Shown: positions 11,948 to 22,298, numbered from the stretch's first letter. The stretch is 64,000 nucleotides of DNA from Candidatus Marinacidobacterales bacterium (GCA_965247365.1 CBDFHB010000002.1:2002567-2066566), one strand, 5' to 3'. Program-made: numbers and translations. Notes: generated by a model not told the origin, from the letters alone.

Positions 11948-12141
11948 GCTTCGCTTGCTCACTCACTTCCGTTTCCGGGACCCCCGCCGCATCGCGGCCG
12001 GCGGGATCTCCAGTCGCCCTACGGGCTCCTTCCGTTCCCGCCGGGGTCATTCTCTCAATCAATGAACTCATTGATGATCCTCCTCCGCCCTACACACTAA
12101 TTTCAAGGGGCGAAGTGTCTCAAGGATGTTGGCACAGAGGG
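11948..12141 (-). mobile_element. Partial head-to-tail copy of the same IS (left end plus first ~41 codons of orfA, 194 bp) abutting copy 1
   Basis: The sequence from IRL through ...GAGCAAGCGAAGC is immediately followed by a fresh IRL (CCCTCTGTG...). This produces the short ORF 11874..12071. Confidence 0.7.
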
Positions 12142-12730
12142 CGGCTCCATTTAAATCAATTAGTTACAGAGAATCAGATATCAGCGAGATCGCCAATAGG
12201 GGACAATTAGGGGACGATTTCGCTAAATGTCAGGCACCGCTCAAAAGCGGGTGGTTGTTTCAAACGGTTTCACGCCGTTTCGTCCTAGCGAATAAGCTCA
12301 TTTTACGAAACGAACCCAATCTTGCTCTGCCAGGGTACTTGCCCAGCACACGCGATTATTTTCGATAAGTATCGTTCCCTCCGGCTGTGCTCGCGCGCCA
12401 AAGATGAGAGCCCCCGTTGCGCTACACGGTTCATAGGGCAACGATTTACGGATTTGATTCAGATGGTTTCGGAGCCGCCGATCGACAGGCCTGATGTGCT
12501 TCACGACGATGAGGGCGTTCTTCCAGTCGAACATTCTGGCCAGCGCCGCCATCATGAATCGCGTTGCGTTATCGGTACGGCGTGGCGTTTGCTCACGCTC
12601 GACGAAGAAGGTGAGCTGCATCGCTGGTGTTGTTTGGCTTAAGATACACTCTCCCGCCGGAAGCGCCACTTCCGTTTGGCCTTTGAGCGCTCCTGAACAA
12701 CGCTCGCGCGGGAGCCGAGGGTGAGGACGA

Positions 12731-13801
12731 ATGACGCTACGACAGCTCGGTTACTGGGTTCGCAAGGCGAAGGTGCAGCTCAAGGGTTGGTCCCCGGATA
12801 GAGATCGCGAATATCACGACTCGATATTTGCGGAAGCGCATCACGACCCTTTCAGTGATTCCTATCCCGGTCACATCACTATCCGCCGCTTTGCCGACCT
12901 CGTGTCCCCTCATCTGTCTGGCGCACATCATGTCCTGGATCTCGGGTGCGGTACGGGTGAGATCACCTGCCAGCTGGGCCGGTTCCACTCGGGCGTGAGC
13001 TTCGAAGGTATCGACCACAGTGAAGCGGGCATCGAGCGGGCAAGGGCCAACGCCGAGCGACTCGAGCTTTCGAACGTTTCCTTTCGGAAGGCCGACGTGG
13101 AGCATTTCGAGCCCGACCGCTCCGTCGATGTGCTGATGATGCTGGACGCGTTTCATCACCTCGTCGATCCGAAGCGATTTGTCGAGCGCCTGGGCGCGTT
13201 CACGAAAGCCTTTCTTCTGATCGAGCCTCGGGGCGACTGGAAGGGGACCTGGAACCGAGAGGTCGATTTCGACTGGTTGGTCCATGATCTGGAGAAGATT
13301 CGGGCCCGCATCGCTTACGCGACGGGAGAGTCGGAGTTGATGAAGCCCACCCTCCTGCCCAAAGGGGAGGAACAAGGAGAGCCCGTCGAGCATCGTTACA
13401 CGGTAGAGGACTTTCGACGGTTTTTCCGGGGCTACGGCCTTCAGATTCGAGGCACGATCGCCGGTATCGAGAGCTACCCTCCGAGCCCGGAGCTCGAGAG
13501 CCCCAGCCGTGAGCGGTTCGGACGGCTCGGCTACGAGCTCTATTCCGAAGTCGATGAGATGCTACGCGCGCGGAACCTCGATCTCTTAGCCAAACACCTG
13601 GTCATTCATGCCGAGCGGGGAGCTGCGGATTCTCTTCGCGCTCCGGCGGAAAAGCCGGAGGACGTGCCGTGGACGACACCCATCCAAGGGCCGTACGATG
13701 TGCTGTGGCTGAGCTACGACGGGACCGAACGAGGCTCCGGTAAGTCAAGAGTTCTTAGCTCAGGTGCGGCTGCGAAACACCAGCTCGCGCTCCTGGTCTA
13801 G
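12731..13801 (+). CDS. Class I SAM-dependent methyltransferase
   Basis: VLDLGCGTGE (motif I), ...FRKADVEHF..., DVLMMLDAFHHL. Corresponds to the Methyltransf_11/12-like fold. Confidence 0.75.
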   Translation: MTLRQLGYWVRKAKVQLKGWSPDRDREYHDSIFAEAHHDPFSDSYPGHITIRRFADLVSPHLSGAHHVLDLGCGTGEITCQLGRFHSGVSFEGIDHSEAGIERARANAERLELSNVSFRKADVEHFEPDRSVDVLMMLDAFHHLVDPKRFVERLGAFTKAFLLIEPRGDWKGTWNREVDFDWLVHDLEKIRARIAYATGESELMKPTLLPKGEEQGEPVEHRYTVEDFRRFFRGYGLQIRGTIAGIESYPPSPELESPSRERFGRLGYELYSEVDEMLRARNLDLLAKHLVIHAERGAADSLRAPAEKPEDVPWTTPIQGPYDVLWLSYDGTERGSGKSRVLSSGAAAKHQLALLV

Positions 13802-14497
13802 TGACGACCCCGAACGACCCGATTATCTCAGCTACCATTGGCTCGATCGACGGGGTGGCATCGTCGAGTTCGATGGACCGAGAACCGCGATACGCGTCCG
13901 GCCCGGTGAGGAAGTAGACGTCAGCCTCCATGCGAAGACGCTCGCCCAACCAGGTCGATACGTATTGGCGCTCGATCTCGTCCAGGAATCCAGAACCTGG
14001 TTCAGCAAGGCCGGCAGTCCCTGCCTGCGCGTCCCGTTCTTCGCTCGGAAACCGCGATAGCCCGCGCCGGCCCTCGTGGAGTCGCGGCGCGGGCGTTCGT
14101 GCACTAGGGCGATTCCGTGAGCTTTAGATCGTGACCGTGTTTTCGCGCGATCGCACCACATCGATGCGGACATGGGCGCGTTGCTACGCTTGGCCGTCGA
14201 CGCGGTGGACGGACGCGCGGCGGCTCATCCGAGATTGCCCAAGGCGACGGAGCCAACACCGAAGGCGTTACCAACGCGCTCGAGACTGCGATGAAGCTAC
14301 TCGTGTCGTAGCGCTTCGACCGCTTGGACACGAATCGCCCGTCGCGCCGCTTCTCGCCTCGGACGGGGCCGGGGCAGAGGTGCGGATCAACGAGGGGGCA
14401 CACCGGGGGCACAAAGTCACAGATGACCGACGATTATCGTAAAAAGAGCCGACTCCCGGAACAAGAATACGCGCGTCCGAATGAAAGGAGCTTTTCA

Positions 14498-14725
14498 ATG
14501 CCCGAGTATCCGCGAGTGACTATTCAGATTGCTGACAAACCCGACGAGCTTACTCTTACCCCCGGTCCAGTCCGTTCCGTGAAGTTCGACTTTCCGGATG
14601 GTCATTCCTTCACCGTCGAGTGTGAGTTTGAGGGGGATCTCCCGACCCTGGTCATTTCAGCCAACCGAAAGCTAGAGGAACCCAACAGGGGGCCTTTTGT
14701 TGTTGTGGTCAGGCCTGACAAGTAA
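14498..14725 (+). CDS. Small hypothetical protein (75 aa)
   Basis: ATG is preceded by GAAAGGAG. Same frame as the downstream GAF-Lon ORF but separated from it by TAA. Confidence 0.4.
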   Translation: MPEYPRVTIQIADKPDELTLTPGPVRSVKFDFPDGHSFTVECEFEGDLPTLVISANRKLEEPNRGPFVVVVRPDK

Positions 14726-14758
14726 GAGAGGCCCGCCCCCTCACTCGTACCCGTCACC

Positions 14759-16330
14759 ATGCATGGGATTCTGGAGGCAATGGCCCTCATCATTGAGGAC
14801 GAGCGTCCTGGCATGAAGTGCTCGGTGCTGCTCCTGGACGATGCAGGCCGTCGCGTCAGCGTGGGCGCGGGTCCGAGCTTGCCGGACGAATACAATAGCG
14901 CCGTCGAAGGTCTGTTGATCGGGCGTGGCGTGGGATCGTGTGGCACCGCTGCCTACTGGAATGAGCGTGTCATCGTGGAGGACATCCATCGGGGAAGTTC
15001 ATCCGGCGGAGGAGGTCCTGGAAGCGGGGTCGGAACGGAGGGGGTCGAACGAACCGGTCCAACCGCCAAGGCAAACGAGCATCGAACTGAGGGACATGAA
15101 CTCTACCGCTCGGCCAGTCCAGCATCATCCGCTTGCAGAAACGACTTCAAATCCGCCATCGATGAGAAGGTGTCTCGAATCGTGGGTGATGGGCGCGCAG
15201 CCGATGGTCGTAGCTCCGACGAACTCGGTGGGTTCTCGTCCGCGATGCTCGAGATCCTCGACCCGCAGCAAAACGACACGTTTCGTGACAACTACCTCGA
15301 TTTGCCGTTCGATCTATCGAGCGTTTTCTTCATTACGACCGCGAACACCCTCGATACTATTCCGCGCCCGCTCCTCGACCGCATGGAGGTGTTGTCGCTC
15401 ACCGGCTACAGCGAGGAAGAAAAACTAGGTATCGCCAAGAAGTATTTGTTGCCTCGCCAGCTCGAGGAGAGCGGCGTCACCGCGGAGCAGTGCGAGCTTC
15501 CCGATGACACGCTGTTACGGCTGATTCGTCGCTATACGCGTGAAGCCGGGCTCCGCCAACTCGAGCGCATCATCGGCCGGGTCGTACGCAAAGTTGCGGT
15601 CGGTTTCGCTGAGGGGAAAACAGATCCGGTCACGGTCACGCCCGACGACCTGGTCGACATGCTCGGACCAGAAACGTTTCACATCGAGAAGGCGCGCGAC
15701 GAGATGCCGGCTGGCGTCGCAGCCGGTCTCGCGTGGACGCCCGCCGGCGGTGACGTGCTCTACATCGAATCGGCGCTCCTTCCGGGAGGGAGCGGGCTGA
15801 CGATGACGGGGCAGCTCGGAAGTGTCATGCAAGAATCCGCCCGCGCCGCACAGAGCTATCTTTGGTCGCACGCGGAAGAGTTCGAGATCGATCCGGAGCG
15901 CTTCAAGAACACCGGTGTTCACCTTCACGTTCCCGCAGGAGCGATACCCAAAGACGGGCCGTCCGCCGGCATCACCATGGCGACCGCGCTCGCTTCTCTC
16001 TACTGCGGAAAGGCGGTGCGATTGGATACCGCCATGACGGGGGAGATCACCATCACCGGTCTCGTGCTCCCGATCGGGGGAGTGAAGGAGAAAGTCCTCG
16101 CGGCCCGCCGGGCGGAGTTCAAGCGCATCATTCTGCCGCGGCAGAACGAGGCGAATCTACACGACCTGCCCGATGACGTGCGCGCGGAGACGGAGTTTAT
16201 CTTCGTCGACCACGTCGACGAAGTTCTCCGTGCGGCGATTCCCGACCTAATAAGCCGTCCTAGCGAAGCTGCGCCCAGGTTAAGGCACGATTCGGCTTAC
16301 CGTGCAGAAACCGAGCCTTTTCTGGAGTAG
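14759..16330 (+). CDS. Chimeric GAF-domain / Lon-protease C-terminal protein (lacks the Lon N-domain and Walker A)
   Basis: N-terminus CSVLLLDDAGRRVSVGAG...GLLIGRGVGSCGTAAYWNERVIVEDI is GAF-like. From about aa 175, LEILDPQQNDTFRDNYLDLPFDLSSVFFITTANTLDTIPRPLLDRMEV...DGPSAGITMATALASL...GEITITGLVLPIGGVKEK is co-linear with the Lon AAA+ sensor region and the S16 protease domain (Ser-Lys dyad region). Confidence 0.7.
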   Translation: MHGILEAMALIIEDERPGMKCSVLLLDDAGRRVSVGAGPSLPDEYNSAVEGLLIGRGVGSCGTAAYWNERVIVEDIHRGSSSGGGGPGSGVGTEGVERTGPTAKANEHRTEGHELYRSASPASSACRNDFKSAIDEKVSRIVGDGRAADGRSSDELGGFSSAMLEILDPQQNDTFRDNYLDLPFDLSSVFFITTANTLDTIPRPLLDRMEVLSLTGYSEEEKLGIAKKYLLPRQLEESGVTAEQCELPDDTLLRLIRRYTREAGLRQLERIIGRVVRKVAVGFAEGKTDPVTVTPDDLVDMLGPETFHIEKARDEMPAGVAAGLAWTPAGGDVLYIESALLPGGSGLTMTGQLGSVMQESARAAQSYLWSHAEEFEIDPERFKNTGVHLHVPAGAIPKDGPSAGITMATALASLYCGKAVRLDTAMTGEITITGLVLPIGGVKEKVLAARRAEFKRIILPRQNEANLHDLPDDVRAETEFIFVDHVDEVLRAAIPDLISRPSEAAPRLRHDSAYRAETEPFLE

Positions 16331-17381
16331 GTGTGCTCTCAGAACCTGCTGACTATCTATCATCCGCCGGCCTAGAACTCTCTTTTCATGAATGCGTTCC
16401 AGGAAGCGGTCACCAGTCGGTCGCATCAAAACTGGTGCGAATCGCTGGGAGATTGCCAGTGGCCATGTTGGGGCTTCTGACGACCTAACGTGGCAAACTC
16501 GGCCTGCGGAAGAACCGGATGCCCTGGGAAACCAAAACCTTCACGCGCGAAGAACTGTATCAGTTGGTATGGGGGCGACCCGTCCAGCACGTGGCCGAGA
16601 GCATCGACGTCTCGGATGTGGCCCTTGGAAAAACGTGTCGGCGGCTCGGTATCCCAGTCCAGCCACAGCTCTCTCTCGATCGTCAAACTCCTCGAGAGCA
16701 GTTACCGCTCGCATCCATCATTCCTCGGCTTCATCCACGCGCCCCAATGCGGCCACCGTTTGTCCTAGTGCGAAACGATCCGCTGCCGCGTGGGAACCAG
16801 CAGGCAACTCGTCGCGAATCCGCAATCTCTGCCTGAAGCACTTCTCGGCCTGGTCGTAGTCCTTACGCCCTTGGGCGATATGTCCGGAAGTGCTGAGGAG
16901 ATTTGCGATCATATGGGGCTCGCGTGAAGCGGGGCATCTTGCAGTGACCTCAAAACATCGAGTAACGCGAATCAGTCAATCCGGTCGTCGCGTGCTGGCC
17001 TCTCCCGTGGAGCTCGAGACGATGCCAACGCATGTGACCCACGGAGTTGGGCGGGGACCGACGCCAACCTTCTTGCCGACCCCCGCCCTCCTTGCTCACA
17101 CTAGATATATACGACTTCCCGAGTCGAATTTTCTCCCCGAGAGAAGAAAGCTCAACGGCGCAGCCACCTGGAAGCGGGGTCAGTCCACAAGCGTCGTCGC
17201 TTCGTCGGCTCGATCGGTGAATACTGTGCCGAGGCTTTCGGAGTGGATAGGAAAGTACATGCGCACCGTACAACCCGCGGAACTCGGCCCACCGTTGGTC
17301 ACCGTGCCACCATGCCGGCGCACGATTCGCGACGACCACGGCGAGGCCAAGCCCCCCTCTTTCCTGGACAAGGCGCGTCCG

Positions 17382-17837
17382 CTACCAGGTCTTCTTAACC
17401 CATCCGCGATGGTTCAGAAAGAGGATGTGCTCGTGCGAGCGAATCAACTTGCCAACAAGTGCTGCGGTCAAGTCGACCTTCAAATGCCCCAAGGCGAACG
17501 CGCGCAATTTCCTCAACGCGTTGGACATGAGTATTCCTCCAAGGGCCTCGCGATCCATGGCATATCGCAAGATCAGCCCACGCGGAAAGGAGGCCAAGGA
17601 ACCCTTCCAGACGCTTACCTTGAACAGCACATGTTGCTGCGGATGCTCCTCCGTCTCGAACTTTCTGAACATCTGGATTCGCTCGAATCCCCGGACCTTC
17701 AGCGGCTCCCAGCTCTGCTCGGAGTCTGTCAGGCGAACGATGGGAGCGTTCGCGTCTTGGTCGAAAGCCAGGACGGCGGCGGCCTCCACGACGTCCATTG
17801 TCTTGAGGAAGGGATCAGTGTCGGGCACCGCCACCAC
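17382..17837 (-). CDS. Hypothetical protein (possibly a gene remnant) in an ORF-poor 2.3-kb stretch
   Basis: 151-aa ORF with plausible residue composition. No family recognised. Neighbouring ORFs look like noise. Confidence 0.25.
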   Translation of the reverse strand: MVAVPDTDPFLKTMDVVEAAAVLAFDQDANAPIVRLTDSEQSWEPLKVRGFERIQMFRKFETEEHPQQHVLFKVSVWKGSLASFPRGLILRYAMDREALGGILMSNALRKLRAFALGHLKVDLTAALVGKLIRSHEHILFLNHRGWVKKTW

Positions 17838-18696
17838 AACACCTCCAAGCCGCGACGTCCCCGCGTCGTGGGCGGCGGAGTGAGGGGACGAAACCTACCT
17901 CTCACCCCGCCGCCCATACAACAGGGTGGACTAATCCTTAGAATGCAACGGTCGTGCCATTCGTTCTGCAAGCAGGGGGCCGGGACAGTGGGATCACCGG
18001 AGCCGCTTTTCGTTCAAGAACTTCGACCGTATTCAGAGCACAGAAAACGTCGGCGCACATCGCACTGCGAGTGTCGCAACTGCGGTATCGGTCCCGCAGT
18101 CCCGTGGGCTGCTCCCCATACGGATTTCAACTCGAAACGGCGACTCGCAACGTGATCCGTCTGGCGCGCTGGGAGACAGGTGCCCGCATCTCTGTCGGCT
18201 ACCGGCTGAGCCCCGAGGCCCGGGGCCTGCGGGAGTAGCCGGCAGGCGAAGCTCAGTCAGACCGACTATCTCGAAGAAGCTGATTCTCGCGGATTCGGGA
18301 AAGAGGAAGCAAACGAAAGACGGGATGACGAAGTGTAGAAAAAAAATGGGGCGGCTTTGAAAGGCTTCGCAGCCGCCCCGAGGTGTCAACGACTCACGCC
18401 GTTACACGTGAATCGGGGTCCTGCGACCGTTGATCCTTTCGAGCGATTCGGCGCACTTAGGGCGCACGAATGGCGGCTTGCGGTAGTGGTCTAGTTTGAT
18501 TTATTCGGTTCCCAAAAGTGCCCCTTGCCCCCGAGCCCCCATTCCTTGATTTCCGTCCACTTTGCTCCGCCGCTATCGGTGCGATGCGAACAGAACCTCG
18601 CTAAACCGAATTTCCAGCGACAACTCGCTAGTTTCCCAATGGTGGCACGAGGTTTGCTTAATCTTCAGAACACAGATCCCAACTCGGGAGGTGCCC

Positions 18697-19731
18697 ATGG
18701 ACTCAACAGTGGAGAAGCAGGCAAGCGATTCTCTTTTCGTACTCGCGACGGAGAGCCAGGTTTACGCGTTCGACCTGGTCTATACCTTTCGTATCGCCCT
18801 CGGTAGACACGAATCGAACGACCTCATGCTCGAATCCCGTACCGTGTCCAACTACCATGCCGAGATCATGAACGAGAACCTGCAGTTGACCCTCCGCGAT
18901 CTCGGAAGCACCAACGGGACTTTCCTCAACGAGGTGCGGATTGACGAGCAGCGCGTGACGACCGGCGATCGCATCCGCATCGGTAGCCATGTGCTGATCG
19001 TGCAGAGGCGAGCTCCCGTCAGCAAGTACGAAAGGCTCTTGCGCATGCCGCGCGATCCGGACGTCTTCGGACCCGGAACGACGGGCTGCATCGTGCCCGT
19101 TCCAACCGCAGCCATCGACAACCAGAAGACCCTTAGACTCGGGGACCCGCATGATTTGCCTCTCTCGGACCTCCTGAAAGTACTCACTGTCAACAACACC
19201 CATTCCGTGCTGTTGACGCTGACGCAAAAGGACGAGCAAGCACGCGTATGGGTCCGAAAGGGCCGCATCGTGCACGCGGAGTACGGAGGCGTGACGGGCG
19301 CGAAGGCGCTCTACCGGCTTTTTGGCTGGCAAAACGCCTCCTACGAGGTCGACGAGCTCTCCGAGGATCGCTCGACGCATCGTAGTATCGAGTTACCCGT
19401 GGATAACTTGATCGTCGAAGGAATGAAGCACGCCCGCGAAATCGGGATGCTTCTCACTATGCTTCCGCCGCTGGATGCGTCATTGCAGTTGGCCGCTGGA
19501 TGCGTCATTGCAGTTGAAGGAGGATTGCACGTTGCCGCCGAGCGCCTATACGCCCGCGGAGCTCCAGATCTACCAGGCGGTCATTCGCCACGAGACCGCC
19601 GCACGGGTACTCGAGACGTCGCCCATGATGGATACGACGGTGCTGCGCCTCATCGATGCGCTCGTGCGCAAAGGGGTTTTCCACGTTGCGCGAGACGCGG
19701 ACGGCAGGATGGAAGGAACGTTCGTCCATAA
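18697..19731 (+). pseudogene. FHA-domain plus DUF4388-domain protein, frameshifted by a 25-bp tandem duplication
   Basis: ATG is preceded by GGGAGG. FHA motif GRHESNDLMLESRTVSNYHAEI...LRDLGSTNGTFLN. DUF4388-like LSDLLKVLTVNNTHSVLLTL...GRIVHAEYGGVTGAKALYRLFGW. The C-terminus continues in the other frame (19475..19747) after the duplicated 25-mer. Confidence 0.6.
19468..19517 (+). repeat. 25-bp perfect tandem duplication (CCGCTGGATGCGTCATTGCAGTTGG twice, last base differs)
   Basis: Two units are read directly from the sequence. Removing one unit restores a single ORF. Confidence 0.8.
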
Positions 19732-19902
19732 CAAGCCGCCCGCCTGATTCCGTCTGAAAGCAACCGCTAACTCGAAAGGAGGGACATCATGGAGTGTCCC
19801 CAGTGTGGTCACCAGCAACCGGATGGCCTGGACGAGTGCTAGGCGTGCTCGGTGATCATCTCCAAGTTCCTGGACACCCAGGACCCGCTGTGCCACGGCT
19901 GT

Positions 19903-20628
19903 CTATCCGAACTTCCCTTCCAGCTTGGGGTAGCAGCCCCGAAGACGCGAAAGACTGCTATTGGGACATTCGGGGAAGGAGAACGACAAGCTATGATTCT
20001 CCAGCATGTAGCGGACCGCCTTGCCGAAGTCGCTTCGCGGCAGTCCCCGCTGGGTCAGTGCCCATTCGCGGATCGAGCTCAAGATCGGCCGCGAACGTTC
20101 TTTGCGTAGACGAAGCCTCAGCTTCTGAGCCTCTTCATCGCCGGGAAACGGGCCTGGAACCAGACGCTCGACCTCGTAAAGCTCTCCGATCAGGCGAAGC
20201 ACTTCGGAGCAAGCCTGCGGGTAGTGCTCGCTGGCTTCATCGAACTTCCGTTTGACGTGCGCCCAGCAATGGGCGAGTCGAATCTCGGGGCCCGCACGGG
20301 CGAGCACTTCATAAACGGCGTAACCATCAACAACCGCGATGCCGCGATAGTTTCCCAAAACCTTCCGGCCATCCTCCGTCGATTTCGTCGGCAGCATCCG
20401 GTAGTACGCAATGTCGGGACTCGACACCCCCCAAACCGTGCCCGCCGATTTCTTCTTCGAGCCCATCAACGGCCACCGGGGTTTCGTCCGCGTGGATGGC
20501 GGGCGATTCCAGCACCTTCTTTCCCAGGGCGTCGTACACGGGTACAGACTTGTCACGACGGGGTGCGGCGAGTACTTACTGAACAGATGCAGCCTTTTGG
20601 CCACAGGCGTGCAGGTTTTTCGCCACAC
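19903..20628 (-). pseudogene. IS66-family transposase (TnpC) remnant, N-terminally truncated and frameshifted
   Basis: KKKSAGTVWGV...GIAVVDGYAVYEVL...RLAHCWAHVKRKFDEA is the IS66 TnpC core. The LHADETPV motif lies in a different frame (ORF 20327..20539). No zinc-finger N-terminus is present. Confidence 0.6.
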
Positions 20629-20753
20629 TTATCCGCACAACTCCCCTTGTAACTGCATTGCCGATGATTCCTTAAAGCACCCATTCATCACGGACTTGGA
20701 GCGAATCACCTGCGGGGGGGTCCTTTTGGTACGAATCCTGCTGCAACAGTGGA

Positions 20754-21155
20754 GTGCAAGCCATCCCCACCGGCGTGCGGGAGGGTTCGACAGTGGCGGA
20801 AAAGGTTTTTTCTCCTAGTCGCAAAGCCCAACGCTTCGCGCCCGACCAGCCTGTGACGGTGGCGATCTTGGATCAGGGCGTGCCCATGGCCTACGGTGTT
20901 GTGTTGGACATCTCCGAGAGCGGCACGTGCGTTCAAACGAACGTCGTGCCCAAACGTCAGAGCTTCGACGTGACACTGAGCTTCTACAATGGGGAGTACG
21001 TACGGGCGACCGGACGGGTCGTTTGGAGCGAGCCAAAAGGCGCCTTGGCTTCCGTGGGTATCGAGTTCACGGCGCTCCCTGATTCGGTCTCGCGAGAGCC
21101 TAAGAGCCGAGCTCAAGTCGACCGGTTTCGGTACGACCTGAGCTTAGAACGGTGA
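20754..21155 (+). CDS. PilZ-domain protein
   Basis: RKAQRFAPDQPV (RxxxR) and DISESGTCV (D-x-S-x-G-G-like) motifs with the expected spacing. Confidence 0.55.
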   Translation: MQAIPTGVREGSTVAEKVFSPSRKAQRFAPDQPVTVAILDQGVPMAYGVVLDISESGTCVQTNVVPKRQSFDVTLSFYNGEYVRATGRVVWSEPKGALASVGIEFTALPDSVSREPKSRAQVDRFRYDLSLER

Positions 21156-21466
21156 GGGGGGGGCGTCCTGCGACTCGCCAGAAAGTGACGGCATGGGAAT
21201 CAAGGACGTAGAAGCCACGCAGTTGCGCCGGCGATGGGGGGACAGAGCGTGCGAGCACCCGACCCTTGAGAGGGAATACCGACACCTCGTTCCAACGGGT
21301 GACTATGCTTGTTCAACCTGCGGCACGGCGCTGGTCGTCTCCGATCGGGACACCTCGATCCGACAGACCCGAGTCGGAACGGCAATGTTCTTCCCTGACG
21401 ACACCGAAACGCCTGGATAGGGGGGCCGCAATGCCCCCGCCAGCGTTTTGCCTCGAAGGGAATTCC

Positions 21467-21730
21467 TCATCCCGTGTTGCGTTCTTCGAGGTGGCGCACG
21501 AGATGCTTCTCGATGATGTCGGTCAAAGAGAGCCATGGGTCCCAGTCGTTGTCTCCGAAACGATCGCAAGCACGTCGCAACGTTTCGACGGCCTGTTCTC
21601 GCTCGGACTGAAGCCGCTCTGAAGAATAGTCGCGATACCCGAGTTCTAAGAGGCAGAGATTCAAAATGCGGGAAATCCCAGCCCGACGACCATTCGCGTA
21701 AGCCTTGTCGGAATCATCACTCACCGCCAT
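21467..21730 (-). CDS. Small hypothetical protein
   Basis: Internal Met MAVSDDSDK... of ORF 21467..21796. No family recognised. Confidence 0.3.
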   Translation of the reverse strand: MAVSDDSDKAYANGRRAGISRILNLCLLELGYRDYSSERLQSEREQAVETLRRACDRFGDNDWDPWLSLTDIIEKHLVRHLEERNTG

Positions 21731-21997
21731 ACCCCCTCCCCGCTCCCACAAACCCTGGGAGAGGATATTCGGAGTGCTGACAGTTTGCAATGACACGCAT
21801 GACGGTCCCAGAGCGAGCGTTCAAATCCCGGATTGGGTTGACCGGGTCGTCTCGGTACCACTGAAATTGCCTACACCAGCGACAGGTTGCCCCTGTAGTG
21901 GCGGACGCTGTACTCGGCCATCGCTATATCGTTCGTTGCGGTCCCCTGGCCCGTCAGCTTAGAGGTCTGAGACGATGTCAGCCATGCCGGTATTCGT

Positions 21998-22026
21998 GAT
22001 AGGGGGTCGCGAGGCCCCCACCAGCC
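21998..22026. repeat. GC-rich hairpin element GATAGGGGGTCGCGAGGCCCCCACCAGCC (copy 1), terminator-like, 3' of the interrupted OMP gene
   Basis: Palindromic GGGGG..CCCCC core. A near-identical 27-mer occurs at 24848..24874. Confidence 0.5.
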
Positions 22027-22298
22027 TTACCTTGCGGCTAGGTCGCCATGCAGAACCCCGCAAGCTCTTCTTCAATCCTCTAGAAACGTACCCCCGCTAG
22101 GACCGACCACAGCCAGCCGGCGTCACTCTCGAGGATTGTCTGACCCATGAATTCCACGGTGAACTGTCGATTCAACTCGACACCGCCCATGATCTGAACC
22201 CCAGGGTCCTTGAACCATTCGCTTTCGGCCCTCTGTGCCAACATCCTTGAGACACTTCGCCCCTTGAAATTAGTGTGTAGGGCGGAGGAGGATCATCA

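Noticed and set aside
10475-12100. Long ORFs antisense to the IS transposase genes (541 aa here; 509 aa at 22172..23701; 549 aa at 27991..29640)
   Set aside because: These are identical GC-driven antisense ORFs inside each IS copy, with low-complexity R/S/A-rich translation and no domain signal. They are shadow ORFs of orfA and orfB.
12298-12669. 123-aa minus-strand ORF between IS copy 1 and the methyltransferase, which weakly resembles a DDE_Tnp_1 transposase C-terminus
   Set aside because: Resemblance is limited to a short R..F..W-type segment. It overlaps an equally long plus-strand ORF and I could not support either product.
13764-14060. 98-aa ORF overlapping the 3' end of the methyltransferase gene in another frame
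   Set aside because: Could be a real small gene or a frame artefact. No motif, and the overlap with a confident gene makes it unsafe to call.
16392-18155. Several 100-420-aa plus-strand ORFs in the ORF-poor stretch
   Set aside because: Translations are low-complexity R/G/P/S-rich with no domain-like segments and they overlap each other. Treated as noise.
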